A DNA stretch of 64,000 bases. It comes from Macrostomum hystrix. Taxonomy: Eukaryota > Animalia > Platyhelminthes. A program made the position numbers and the translations under genes. Location: assembly GCA_950097015.1 (NCBI GenBank), contig CATNEN010000031.1:2666001-2730000 (forward strand). The letters are read 5' to 3'. The notes beneath the pieces were generated by a model. It ran no database searches, had not been told where the DNA came from, and worked only from the letters and a program-made list of their open reading frames with translations. Positions within the stretch are counted from its first letter, which is position 1; every line of letters starts with the position of its first letter. Shown piece by piece: positions 33,575-46,288 of the stretch.

Positions 33575-36500
33575 AATCCTTCTCTTTCTCGAATCTGAAT
33601 CCCAAAACATTCTTCCCGAAACTAAAAACCCAGTCCTTGTCTTCACTAGTCTAAATCCCAAGCCTTCTCTTCTCTTCCACAATCTGAATCCCAATTCTCT
33701 CTTCTCTTCCACAATCTGACTCCCAATCCTTCTCTTCCCCAATCTGAATCCCAATCCTTCTCTTCTCTTCTCCAACCTGAATCCCAATCCTTCTCTTCTC
33801 TTCCACAATCTGAATCCCAATCCTTCTCTTCTCTAATCTGAATCCCAATCCTTCTCTTCTCTAATCTGAATCCCAATCCTTCTCTTCTCTAATCTGAATC
33901 CCAATCCTTCTCTTCTCTAATCTGAATCCCAATCCTTCTCTTCTCTAATCTGAATCCCAATCCTTCTCTTCTCTAATCTGAATCCCAATCCTTTTCTTCT
34001 CTAATCTGAATCCCAATCCTTTTCTTCTCTTCCAGAATCTGACTCCCAATCCTTCTCTTCTCTAATCTGAATCCCAATCCTTCTCTTCTCTAATCTGAAT
34101 CCCAATCCTTCTCTTCTCTAATCTGAATCCCAATCCTTCTCTTCTCTAATCTGAATCCCAATCCTTCTCTTCTCTAATCTGAATCCCAATCCTTCTCTTC
34201 TCTAATCTGAATCCCAATCCTTCTCTTCTCTAATCTGAATCCCAATCCTTCTCTTCTCTAATCTGAATCCCAATCCTTCTCTTCTCTAATCTGAATCCCA
34301 ATCCTTCTCTTCTCTAATCTGAATCCCAATCCTTCTCTTCTCTAATCTGAATCCCAATCCTTCTCTTCTCTAATCTGAATCCCAATCCTTTTCTTCTCTT
34401 CCACAATCTGAATCCCAATCCTTTTCTTCTCTTCCAGAATCTGACTCCCAATCCTTCTCTTCTCTAATCTGAATCCCAATCCTTCTCTTCTCTAATCTGA
34501 ATCCCAATCCTTCTCTTCTCTTCCAGAATCTGACTCCCAATCCTTCTCTTCTCTAATCTGAATCCAATCCCTCTCTTCTCTAATCTGAATCCCAATCCTT
34601 CTCTTCTCTAATCTGAATCCCAATCCCTCTCTTCTCTAATCTGAATCCCAATCCTTCTCTTCTCTAATCTGAATCCCAATCCTTCTCTTCTCTAATCTGA
34701 ATCCCAATCCTTCTCTTCTCTAATCTGAATCCCAATCCTTCTATTCTCTAATCTGAATCCCAATCCTTCTCTTCTCTAATCTGAATCCCAATCCTTCTCT
34801 TCTCTAATCTGAATCCCAATCCTTCTCTTCTCCAATCTGAATCCCAATCCTTCTCTTCTCTAATCTGAATCCCAATCCTTCTCTTCTCTAATCTGAATCC
34901 CAATCCTTTTCTTCTCTTCCACAATCTGAATCCCAATCCTTTTCTTCTCTTCCAGAATCTGACTCCCAATCCTTCTCTTCTCTAATCTGAATCCCAATCC
35001 TTCTCTTCTCTAATCTGAATCCCAATCCTTCTCTTCTCTTCCAGAATCTGACTCCCAATCCTTCACTTCTCTAATCTGAATCCCAATCCCTCTCTTCTCT
35101 AATCTGAATCCCAATCCTTCTCTTCTCTAATCTGAATCCCAATCCCTCTCTTCTCTAATCTGAATCCCAATCCTTCTCTTCTCTAATCTGAATCCCAATC
35201 CTTCTCTTCTCTAATCTGAATCCCAATCCTTCTCTTCTCTTCCAGAATCTGACTCCCAATCCTTCTCTTCTCTTCCAGAATCTGACTCCCAATCCTTCTC
35301 TTCTCTAATCTGAATCCCAATCCTTCTCTTCTCTAATCTGAATCCCAATCCTTCTCTTCTCTTCCAGAATCTGACTCCCAATCCTTCTCTTCTCTTCCAC
35401 AATCTGACTCCCAATCCTTCTCTTCTCTAATCTGAATCCCAATCCCTCTCTTCTCTAATCTGAATCCCAATCCTTCTCTTCTCTAATCTGAATCCCAATC
35501 CTTCTCTTCTCTAATCTGAATCCCAATCCTTCTCTTCTCTAATCTGAATCCCAATCCTTCTCTTCTCTAATCTGAATCCCAATCCTTCTCTTCTCTAATC
35601 TGAATCCCAATCCTTTTCTTCTCTTCCACAATCTGAATCCCAATCCTTTTCTTCTCTTCCAGAATCTGACTCCCAATCCTTCTCTTCTCTAATCTGAATC
35701 CCAATCCTTCTCTTCTCTAATCTGAATCCCAATCCTTCTCTTCTCTTCCAGAATCTGACTCCCAATCCTTCACTTCTCTAATCTGAATCCCAATCCCTCT
35801 CTTCTCTAATCTGAATCCCAATCCTTCTCTTCTCTAATCTGAATCCCAATCCCTCTCTTCTCTAATCTGAATCCCAATCCTTCTCTTCTCTAATCTGAAT
35901 CCCAATCCTTCTCTTCTCTAATCTGAATCCCAATCCTTCTCTTCTCTTCCAGAATCTGACTCCCAATTCTTCTCTTCTCTTCCAGAATCTGACTCCCAAT
36001 CCTTCTCTTCTCTAATCTGAATCCCAATCCTTCTCTTCTCTAATCTGAATCCCAATCCTTCTCTTCTCTTCCAGAATCTGACTCCCAATCCTTCTCTTCT
36101 CTTCCACAATCTGACTCCCAATCCTTCTCTTCTCTAATCTGAATCCCAATCCCTCTCTTCTCTAATCTGAATCCCAATCCTTCTCTTCTCTAATCTGAAT
36201 CCCAATCCTTCTCTTCTCTTCCAGAATCTGACTCCCAATCCTTCTCTTCTCGAATCTGAATCCCAATCCCTCTCTTCTCTAATCTGAATCCCAATCCTTC
36301 TCTTCTCCAATCTGAATCCCAATCCTTCTCTTCTCTTCCAGAATCTGACTCCCAATCCTTCTCTTCTCTTCCACAATCTGACTCCCAATCCTTCTCTTCT
36401 CTAATCTGACTCCCAATCCTTCTCTTCTCTAATCTGAATCCCAATCCTTCTCTTCTCTAATCTAAATCCCAATCCTTCTCTTCTCTAATCTGAATCCCAA

Positions 36501-39500
36501 TCCTTCTCTTCTCTTCCAGAATCTGACTCCCAATCCTGAATCCCAATCCCTCTCTTCTCCAACCTGAATCCCAATCCTTCTCTTCTCTTCTTCAATCTGA
36601 ATCCCAATCCTTCTCTTCTCCAATCTGAATCCCAATCCTTCTCTTCTCTAATCTGAATCCCAATCCTTCTCTTCTCTTCCAGAATCTGACTCCCAATCCT
36701 TCACTTCTCTAATCTGAATCCCAATCCCTCTCTTCTCTAATCTGAATCCCAATCCTTCTCTTCTCTAATCTGAATCCCAATCCCTCTCTTCTCTAATCTG
36801 AATCCCAATCCTTCTCTTCTCTAATCTGAATCCCAATCCTTCTCTTCTCTAATCTGAATCCCAATCCTTCTCTTCTCTTCCAGAATCTGACTCCCAATTC
36901 TTCTCTTCTCTTCCAGAATCTGACTCCCAATCCTTCTCTTCTCTAATCTGAATCCCAATCCTTCTCTTCTCTAATCTGAATCCCAATCCTTCTCTTCTCT
37001 TCCAGAATCTGACTCCCAATCCTTCTCTTCTCTTCCACAATCTGACTCCCAATCCTTCTCTTCTCTAATCTGAATCCCAATCCCTCTCTTCTCTAATCTG
37101 AATCCCAATCCTTCTCTTCTCTAATCTGAATCCCAATCCTTCTCTTCTCTTCCAGAATCTGACTCCCAATCCTTCTCTTCTCGAATCTGAATCCCAATCC
37201 CTCTCTTCTCTAATCTGAATCCCAATCCTTCTCTTCTCCAATCTGAATCCCAATCCTTCTCTTCTCTTCCAGAATCTGACTCCCAATCCTTCTCTTCTCT
37301 TCCACAATCTGACTCCCAATCCTTCTCTTCTCTAATCTGACTCCCAATCCTTCTCTTCTCTAATCTGAATCCCAATCCTTCTCTTCTCTAATCTAAATCC
37401 CAATCCTTCTCTTCTCTAATCTGAATCCCAATCCTTCTCTTCTCTTCCAGAATCTGACTCCCAATCCTGAATCCCAATCCCTCTCTTCTCCAACCTGAAT
37501 CCCAATCCTTCTCTTCTCTTCTTCAATCTGAATCCCAATCCTTCTCTTCTCCAATCTGAATCCCAATCCTTCTCTTCTCTAATCTGAATCCCAATCCTTC
37601 TCTTCTCTTCCAGAATCTGACTCCCAATCCTTCACTTCTCTAATCTGAATCCCAATCCCTCTCTTCTCTAATCTGAATCCCAATCCTTCTCTTCTCTAAT
37701 CTGAATCCCAATCCCTCTCTTCTCTAATCTGAATCCCAATCCTTCTCTTCTCTAATCTGAATCCCAATCCTTCTCTTCTCTAATCTGAATCCCAATCCTT
37801 CTCTTCTCTTCCAGAATCTGACTCCCAATTCTTCTCTTCTCTTCCAGAATCTGACTCCCAATCCTTCTCTTCTCTAATCTGAATCCCAATCCTTCTCTTC
37901 TCTAATCTGAATCCCAATCCTTCTCTTCTCTTCCAGAATCTGACTCCCAATCCTTCTCTTCTCTTCCACAATCTGACTCCCAATCCTTCTCTTCTCTAAT
38001 CTGAATCCCAATCCCTCTCTTCTCTAATCTGAATCCCAATCCTTCTCTTCTCTAATCTGAATCCCAATCCTTCTCTTCTCTTCCAGAATCTGACTCCCAA
38101 TCCTTCTCTTCTCTTCCACAATCTGACTCCCAATCCTTCTCTTCTCTAATCTGAATCCCAATCCCTCTCTTCTCTAATCTGAATCCCAATCCTTCTCTTC
38201 TCTAATCTGAATCCCAATCCTTCTCTTCTCTTCCAGAATCTGACTCCCAATCCTTCTCTTCTCTTCCACAATCTGACTCCCAATCCTTCTCTTCTCTAAT
38301 CTGACTCCCAATCCTTCTCTTCTCTAATCTGAATCCCAATCCTTCTCTTCTCTAATCTAAATCCCAATCCTTCTCTTCTCTAATCTGAATCCCAATCCTT
38401 CTCTTCTCTTCCAGAATCTGACTCCCAATCCTGAATCCCAATCCCTCTCTTCTCCAACCTGAATCCCAATCCTTCTCTTCTCTTCTTCAATCTGAATCCC
38501 AATCCTTCTCTTCTCCAATCTGAATCCCAATCCTTCTTTTCTCCAACCTGAATCCCAATCCTTCTCTTCTCTTCTCCAATCTGAATCCCAATCCTTCTCT
38601 TCTCTTCTCCATTCTGAATCCCAATCCTTCTCTTCGCTTCTCCAATCTGAATCCCAATCCTTCTCTTCTCTTCTCCATTCTGAATCCCAATCCTTCTCTT
38701 CTCTTCTCCAACCTGAATCCCAATCCTTCTCTTCTCTTCTCTAATCTGAATCCCAATCCTTCTCTTCTCTTCTCTAATCTGAATCCCAATCCTTCTCTTC
38801 TCTTCTCCAATCTGAATCCCAATCCTTCTCTTCTCTTCTCTAATCTGAATCCCAATCCTTCTCTTCTCTTCTCTAATCTGAATCCTAATCCTTCTTTTCT
38901 CTTCTCTAATCTGAATCCCAATCCTTCTCTTCTCTTCTCCAACCTGAATCCCAATCCTTCTCTTCTCTTCTCCAACCTGAATCCCAATCCTTCTCTTCTC
39001 TTCTCCAACCTGAATCCCAATCCTTCTCTTCTCTTCTCCAACCTGAATCCCAATCCTTCTCTTCTCTTCTCCAACCTGAATCCCAATCCTTCTCTTCACT
39101 TCTCCAACCTGAATCCCAATCCTTCTATTCTCTTCTCCAACCTGAATCCCAATCCTTTTCTTCTCTTCTCCAACCTGAATCCCAATCCTTCTCTTTTCTT
39201 CTCCAACCTGAATCCCAATCCTTCTATTCTCTTCTCCAACCTGAATCCCAATCCTTCTCTTCACTTCTCCAACCTGAATCCCAATCCTTCTATTCTCTTC
39301 TCCAACCTGAATCCCAATCCTTTTCTTCTCTTCTCCAACCTGAATCCCAATCTTTCTCTTCTCTTCTCCAACCTGAATCCCAATCCTTTTCTTCACTTCT
39401 CCAACCTGAATCCCAATCCTTCTTTTCTCTTCCACAATCTGACTCCCAGTCCTTCTCTTCACTTCTCCAATCTGAATTCCAATCCTTCTCTTCTCTTCCA

Positions 39501-40790
39501 GAATCTGACTCCCAATCCTTCTCTTCTCTTCCACAATCTGACTCCCAATCCTTCTCTTCTCTAATCTGACTCCCAATCCTTCTCTTCTCTAATCTGAATC
39601 CCAATCCTTCTCTTCTCTAATCTAAATCCCAATCCTTCTCTTCTCTAATCTGAATCCCAATCCTTCTCTTCTCTTCCAGAATCTGACTCCCAATCCTGAA
39701 TCCCAATCCCTCTCTTCTCCAACCTGAATCCCAATCCTTCTCTTCTCTTCTTCAATCTGAATCCCAATCCTTCTCTTCTCCAATCTGAATCCCAATCCTT
39801 CTTTTCTCCAACCTGAATCCCAATCCTTCTCTTCTCTTCTCCAATCTGAATCCCAATCCTTCTCTTCTCTTCTCCATTCTGAATCCCAATCCTTCTCTTC
39901 TCTTCTCCAATCTGAATCCCAATCCTTCTCTTCTCTTCTCCATTCTGAATCCCAATCCTTCTCTTTTCTTCTCCAACCTGAATCCCAATCCTTCTCTTCT
40001 CTTCTCTAATCTGAATCCCAATCCTTCTCTTCTCTTCTCTAATCTGAATCCCAATCCTTCTCTTCTCTTCTCCAATCTGAATCCCAATCCTTCTCTTCTC
40101 TTCTCTAATCTGAATCCCAATCCTTCTCTTCTCTTCTCTAATCTGAATCCTAATCCTTCTTTTCTCTTCTCTAATCTGAATCCCAATCCTTCTCTTCTCT
40201 TCTCCAACCTGAATCCCAATCCTTCTCTTCTCTTCTCCAACCTGAATCCCAATCCTTCTCTTCTCTTCTCCAACCTGAATCCCAATCCTTCTCTTCTCTT
40301 CTCCAACCTGAATCCCAATCCTTCTCTTCTCTTCTCCAACCTGAATCCCAATCCTTCTCTTCACTTCTCCAACCTGAATCCCAATCCTTCTATTCTCTTC
40401 TCCAACCTGAATCCCAATCCTTTTCTTCTCTTCTCCAACCTGAATCCCAATCCTTCTCTTTTCTTCTCCAACCTGAATCCCAATCCTTCTATTCTCTTCT
40501 CCAACCTGAATCCCAATCCTTCTCTTCACTTCTCCAACCTGAATCCCAATCCTTCTATTCTCTTCTCCAACCTGAATCCCAATCCTTTTCTTCTCTTCTC
40601 CAACCTGAATCCCAATCTTTCTCTTCTCTTCTCCAACCTGAATCCCAATCCTTTTCTTCACTTCTCCAACCTGAATCCCAATCCTTCTTTTCTCTTCCAC
40701 AATCTGACTCCCAGTCCTTCTCTTCACTTCTCCAATCTGAATTCCAATCCTTCTCTTCTCTTCCTTAATCTGAATTCCATCCCATTCTCA
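33575..40790. repeat. 7.2-kb satellite of 28-bp and 33-bp (CTGAATCCCAATCCTTCT...) units with higher-order duplications
   Basis: The 28-mer TAATCTGAATCCCAATCCTTCTCTTCTC and the 33-mer differ by one pentamer; repeat-derived ORFs recur at offsets 707, 931, 931 and 1265. Confidence 0.95.
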
Positions 40791-41100
40791 TCCCCTGACC
40801 ACCGATGCTTCATGAGGCAGCCGCTCAACCCCCCAACCCTAGATTTTTCATGATTCTTCACTACAAAAATCAAGCTAAAATAGAATGCAGGCGCAGAAAT
40901 ATCTGAGACATGGGTCCAGTGGCCGCATGGGCACCACCATTTTTTGCACTATTAATTTATCGCAAAAGAGAGGCAGAGAGATCGAAGGTAAATGTCTGAC
41001 GCACAACGTGGAAAGTCAGTAGAGCGCATTGAGTTCAGATTCCGCGACCAAGAAGCCACCCCACCCAATGTCCAAGCAATCGCAGCTGGCTCCTGGATGC

Positions 41101-41601
41101 TCAGCCGTAGCGCATGATGTTAGCTCGCTGCAGCTGGCTGGCCATCTGTCGTTGGTCCGGCTCCAGGCGCACCCGCGAGTATTGAAACAGCGGCGACGTC
41201 AGAAAGTCGCGCTTCGCCGCGGCGCCAGGACGCGATGCCGACGACGACAGCGACGCCCAGTCAGGCTGGCGCCGATTCGATTGTCGTCGCAGGTTCCAAT
41301 CGGCGATGGTGTTGACGGCAGCGGAGGCGGCCGAGGCTGCCGCGGCGGCTTTGGCGGCAGACGCCGCAGCCTCAGCGGCGCAGACGGCAGTCAGCTGGGC
41401 TCCGTCGATCATCGCATCGTCAGCTAAGTCGGGCAGCAGGAATGATTCGCGGCTGCCCTGTTGCTGCTGCTGCTGGCGAAGGGCTGCGCGAATTAGCTTC
41501 AGACAGTCAGCAGGGCGGGCAGCGGCTGCTGGCGGGCTGGGGTCGCAGACGCAGAGCAGCAGCAGGGTCAGCAGCAGACGCACTGGGAACTGGCGGGCCA
41601 T
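41101..41601 (-). CDS. Neuropeptide precursor (166 aa) with C-terminal RYamide, NKY-like
   Basis: MARQFPVRLLLTLLLLCVC signal-peptide-like start; dibasic KR; DFLTSPLFQYSRVRLEPDQRQMASQLQRANIMRY-G-stop (amidation glycine). Confidence 0.8.
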   Translation of the reverse strand: MARQFPVRLLLTLLLLCVCDPSPPAAAARPADCLKLIRAALRQQQQQQGSRESFLLPDLADDAMIDGAQLTAVCAAEAAASAAKAAAAASAASAAVNTIADWNLRRQSNRRQPDWASLSSSASRPGAAAKRDFLTSPLFQYSRVRLEPDQRQMASQLQRANIMRYG

Positions 41602-41984
41602 GCTGAATCTGCCTTTGCCTTCTAAATTCAGCGAGGGTAGCTTCAACAAGGCTGTTGGCTGCAACCTTTTTATACTCAGCAAAACGGCAATCTCGCCTCC
41701 CACTCCGTTTGGATTGGCCGCTCGGACCGGAGTCCGCCTACAAGTGCCTAATTAAGGCAAGCCATCAGATAATCATATTGATTATAGAATTTCATTAGCG
41801 ACTGACTTTACAATCTGTTTTTGAAGCTTTAATCATTATCCTTTTTGCATTAAGTAGATTGAATGCAGTTCCTCTTTGACTCTATTGCGGCTCTTTGAAA
41901 AGTTTTCTTTCAGGTAAAAGGCAGTTCTCTCACTTACACAAAGTCCGCTGCGACAGCGCCGCCTTGCACCCTAACTCGCTTCTC

Positions 41985-43140
41985 TCTTCTATTATTGCTT
42001 TCCTCTGCACTCACCTCCATCCTCTCAACTCTCAACTCCACTCCTCTTCCCTCCTCTACCCTCCTCTCTCTCCACTCCTCTTCCCTCCTCTACCTTCCTC
42101 TCTCTCCACTCCTCTACCTTCCTCTCTCTCCACTCCTCTACCATCCTCTCTCTCCACTCCTCTTCCCTCCTCTACCTTCCTCTCTCTCCACTCCTCTTCC
42201 CTCCTCTACCCTCCTCTCTCTCCACTCCTCTTCCCTCCTATACCTTCCTCTCTCTCCACTCCTCTTCCCTCCTCTACCTTCCTCTCTCTCCACTCCTCTT
42301 CCCTCCTATACCCTCCTCTCTCTCCACTCCTCTTCCCTCCTCTACCCTCCTCTCTCTCCACTCCTCTTCCCTCCTATACCCTCCTCTCTCTCCACTCCTC
42401 TTCCCTCCTCTACCCTCCTCTCTCTCCACTCCTCTTCCCTCCTATACCTTCCTCTCTCTCCACTCCTCTTCCCTCCTCTACCCTCCTCTCTCTCCACTCC
42501 TCTTCCCTCCTCTACCCTCCTCTCTCTCCACTCCTCTTCCCTCCTCTACCCTCCTCTCTCTCCACTCCTCTTCCCTCCTCTACCTTCCTCTCTCTCCACT
42601 CCTCTTCCCTCCTCTACCCTCCTCTCTCTCCACTCCTCTTCCCTCCTATACCCTCCTCTCTCTCCACTCCTCTTCCCTCCTCTACCCTCCTCTCTCTCCA
42701 CTCCTCTTCCCTCCTATACCTTCCTCTCTCTCCACTCCTCTACCCTCCTCTCTTTCCACTCCTCTACCCTCCTCTCTCTCCACTCCTCTTCCCTCCTCTA
42801 CCTTCCTCTCTCTCCACTCCTCTACCTTAATCTCTCCACTCCTCTACCTTCCTCTCTCTCCACTCCTCTACCTTCCTCTCTCTCCACTCCTCTACCTTAA
42901 TCTCTCCACTCCTCTACCTTAATCTCTCCACTCCTCTACCTTTCTCTCTCGACTCCTCTACCTTCCTCTCTCTCGACTCCTCTACCGTCCTCTCTCTCCA
43001 CTCCTCTACCTTTCTCTCTCGACTCCTCTACCTTCCTCTCTCTCGACTCCTCTACCTTCCTCTCTCTCCACTCCTCTACCTTAATCTCGCTAAACCTCTA
43101 TCTTCCTCTCTCATCTTTCCTTGCCACTCCTCTCCTCTCT
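41985..43140. repeat. CT-rich ~34-bp tandem repeat
   Basis: CTCTACCCTCCTCTCTCTCCACTCCTCTTCCCTC units. Confidence 0.9.
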
Positions 43141-43589
43141 ACTTGCTCTCTTCTCAGCTTACATATCTGATCTCTCCCTCCATTTCCTTATCCTCTCGCA
43201 ATGAGAAGTACACAATTAGTCTGCAATATCGTACAGGCACAAAATCAAATGCAAACGAAACAAACTGCCAAGCCTTATTCGCAGACTTACGAGCGTATCA
43301 GTGGGTACTTAATCAGTCCCACTTGCCGCCTCGGTGTTTGCCGACAGGTAGAAAATAAATTATGCAACAACATTGCAGACTGGGCACTCCTCCAAAATAG
43401 GTTCTTAACTAAATCTGTCTGGAATCAATTGATGAATACCAAGACAAAATGTTTTAGACATTGAGACGCTTACGATGATAAAAATAATATTTTATGTTTG
43501 CAAGATTGCGTGGGCACTTGGAGAGCATAATTTGGTGACAGCAAAATCTGGGGGGGGGGGCAAAAAGCTGAGAGAGAATATGAATTAGA

Positions 43590-44150
43590 GCAGAGGTGAG
43601 AAAAGAGAGTAGAGAGAGATGAGAGTAGATAGAGATGAGAATAGAGAGAGATGAGAGTAGAGAAGGATGAGAATAGAGAGAGATGAGAGCAGAGAGGGAT
43701 GAGATTAGAGAGAGATGAGAGCAGAGAGGGATTAGATTAGAGAGAGATGAGAGCAGAAAGGGATGAGATTAGAGAGAGATGGGAGTAGAGAGGGATGAGA
43801 TTAGAGAGAGATTTTAATAGACAGTAGAGAGTCGAGAGGGATGAGATTAGAGAGAGATTTTAATAGACAGTAGAGAGTCGAGAGGGATGAGATTAGAGAG
43901 AGATTTTAATAGACAGTAGAGAGTCTAGAGGGATGAGATTAGAGAGAGATGAGAGCAGAGAGGGATGAGATTAGAGAGAGATGAGAGCAGAGAGGGATGA
44001 GATTAGAGAGAGATGAGAGCAGAGAGGGGTGAGATTAGAGAGAGATGAGAGCAGAGAGGGATGAGATTAGAGAGAGATGAGAGCAGAGAGATGCTTATAG
44101 AGAGGTGTTAGTAGATAGAAGGTGAGAGAGGAGAAGGGAGTAGAGAAGGG
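43590..44150. repeat. GA-rich ~32-bp tandem repeat
   Basis: GAGATTAGAGAGAGATGAGAGCAGAGAGGGAT units. Confidence 0.85.
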
Positions 44151-44751
44151 AGAGACTCAGGGAGTCCTGTTTAAGGATCTTGAGGATGTCATTTTGACCT
44201 CTCAATGAACTGGCGATGCCAATTTAGAAATTGTTTTTTATTTCTCAATAAGGGGTAATTCATTTTTAAAATTAAACTAGCATTGCCTACTTGAGCAGCA
44301 ATTAGATGATCACCGTTACAGGCTAAAAAACTGCTCAACAGATTTGATGATGCAATTTCCAATCTCCAAAGCTGCGCCCGAAGGGTCTAGCATCTGATAA
44401 GGCTATCCGACTCAATCTTTGAAGACCTAAAAAAGGAATCATTCCCTAAATAAATATTTCATTTGCATCTAGATGAAGCGACTCCGGATTTAAGCAAATG
44501 GAAACTGATTTTAAAAAAATGAGCTGATTAATTAGAAGTATATTTTGGATTTTTGTAAGATTAAAAGATTAGCCGAGGCACAGAACTAAAAGCTTTTACA
44601 GCTAAATTTGCAATTAAACAAAAGGGATACCAAGACATGGCACAGGTTTTACTTCAGGAAAGCAAAGAAATGCGGACAAAGGACTAAGCACTGTCTATTT
44701 AAATACAAATTAACGATAACGAATAAAAAATAAAAAAATTAATTTCAGGAG

Positions 44752-45545
44752 GGCTGCGGGCAATGTCCCATCATTTAGTGCAGGGGTGGGCAAACTCCGC
44801 CCCGCGGGCCAGATGCGGCCCTCGAAGCTCCCAAATCCGGCCCGTTGCCCCTTCTGACATCTACAGTGTCCTGTTTCATCTCTCTCGTGTCTAATATCTC
44901 CCGTGTCTCATCGCTCTCGTATCTAATCTCTTCCCTGTCTTATCTCTCCCGTGTCTAATCTCTCCCGTGTCTCATCGCTCTCGTATCTAATCTCTCCCGT
45001 GTCTAGTCTCTCCCGTGTCTAATTTCTCCCGTGTCTAATCTCTCCCGTGTCTAATTTCTCCCGTGTCTAATTTCTCCCGTGTCTAATCTCTCCCGTGTCT
45101 AATCTCTCCCGTGTCTAATCTCTTCCCTGTCTAATCTCTCCCGTGTCTAATCTCTCCCGTGTCTAATCTCTTCCCTGTCTTATCTCTCTCGTGTCCCATC
45201 TTTCCTATGTCTCATCTCTCCCGTGTCTCATCTCTCCCCTATCTCATATTTATACAGTCAATGCGGCCCGCTGTCGTCTTTTAGGCTCTCTCTTTGGCCC
45301 GCCAGCAAATAAGTTTGCCCACCCCTGATTTAGTGACACTAGACCCGCAACCAGCGAGGAATCAATTCTGCCCATTTTGTTGACTCCTGAGCACACACGC
45401 ACACAGATATCGTACGCAGGCATACGCTCACACAGGTGTGTACATATGCCCTGACTTTCTCATCGTCAGGCAGTGTGCACTTTTCCTGTGTCTGGGAGGT
45501 TGGCCCTCAAAGCCTTCTCTAAGGGAGGAAAGGTACAGTTTCTAA
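44752..45545 (-). mobile_element. SINE family 2 copy interrupted by a hAT MITE
   Basis: GAGGGCTGCGGGCAATGTCCCATC-ATTTAGTG-[MITE]-ATTTAGTG-ACACTAGACCCGC joins into the reverse complement of 59815-59870. Confidence 0.75.
44781..45327. mobile_element. hAT (Charlie-like) non-autonomous element, 547 bp, with internal ~17-bp tandem repeat
   Basis: Perfect 16-bp TIRs CAGGGGTGGGCAAACT/AGTTTGCCCACCCCTG, subterminal GGCCC motifs, 8-bp TSD ATTTAGTG at 44773-44780 and 45328-45335. Confidence 0.93.
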
Positions 45546-45745
45546 GAAATATTGGTGCACATTCTAAGAAAATAAATGTACACATTTCAAGATTGGTCCA
45601 CTTTCGTCCACTTTCAAAGAAAGTGAGTGTAAGATTCAAACGCGAATGCAGAAAATACTAAAAACTGTTCGAGCTAAAATTAGTTTTAAAAAACTTTCCG
45701 AATTTTCTTACATTTCTTAGAAATTGGTTGTCTAACTTTTTATCT

Positions 45746-45833
45746 GACTCAAACCTGAGTGAAATCTGAGAGCAGGGGATTAGGGATCTGAATCAAACAT
45801 CAGTGAAATCTGAGAGTAGGGGATTTGGGATCT
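45746..45833. repeat. Two units of the 44-bp minisatellite also found at 46337-46657
   Basis: TGACTCAAACCT(G/C)AGTGAAATCTGAGAGCAGGGGATT. Confidence 0.85.
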
Positions 45834-46014
45834 GGCCCTAATGGTTAGAGCGTCGGACTTGAAGGTCGGGGGTTCGATTCCGGACTCCAATGGAACAATT
45901 TGTGTCCCTTAGCAATACACTAACACACCATCTGTTAAATGGGTACCAGCATTAGCTGGGGTGATTAAGGATGGTTGGGGCGTCCCCTGTTCAGTCCATG
46001 GACTGAACAGCCGT
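45834..46014 (+). mobile_element. CORE-type SINE (family 1), antisense in the PIGN 3' region
   Basis: TGGCCCTAATGGTTAGAGCG (A box), GGTTCGATTCC (B box), TTTGTGTCCCTTAGCAA, AAATGGGTACC, palindromic tail at 45987-46010. Confidence 0.85.
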
Positions 46015-46024
46015 AAGCAGCAGG

Positions 46025-46288
46025 TCAATGTCTATCCATGGCTGAACCTGCCCGCAGGCGCAACAGAAGCCTGGAGGCCGCCAGCAGAGCTACAGAGGCC
46101 ACGGTGATGGCCATGACAACCACGTAGTGCCCGATGCTGGTGCCAATGTCCAGCCAGGAGCCGCGATCGCGAATTTGCAAGAAGAAATACACGGCCAGAA
46201 TGTCCGAGAATAGCAGCACTTCCAGCACTAGCAGCGAGCGAGACAGAATTGAGAACGCCATGCCTACTGTCAGCATGGGCAGTAGTAT
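46025..46288 (-). CDS. PIGN: PIGN exon 14 (last)
   Basis: TGTAG|ATA; ILLPML...[17 protein letters not shown]...stop. Confidence 0.9.
   Translation of the reverse strand: MLLPMLTVGMAFSILSRSLLVLEVLLFSDILAVYFFLQIRDRGSWLDIGTSIGHYVVVMAITVASVALLAASRLLLRLRAGSAMDRH

Noticed and set aside
31711-40727. Lys/Arg/Glu-rich ORFs of up to 398 aa
   Set aside because: Satellite translations.
41602-41703. Upstream extension of the neuropeptide ORF from GTG 41703
   Set aside because: ATG 41601 directly precedes the hydrophobic signal-like stretch.
45834-45900. tRNA gene-like A/B boxes here and at 11730-11790, 58390-58450 and 59600-59660
   Set aside because: No complete cloverleaf, and each continues into a shared SINE body.
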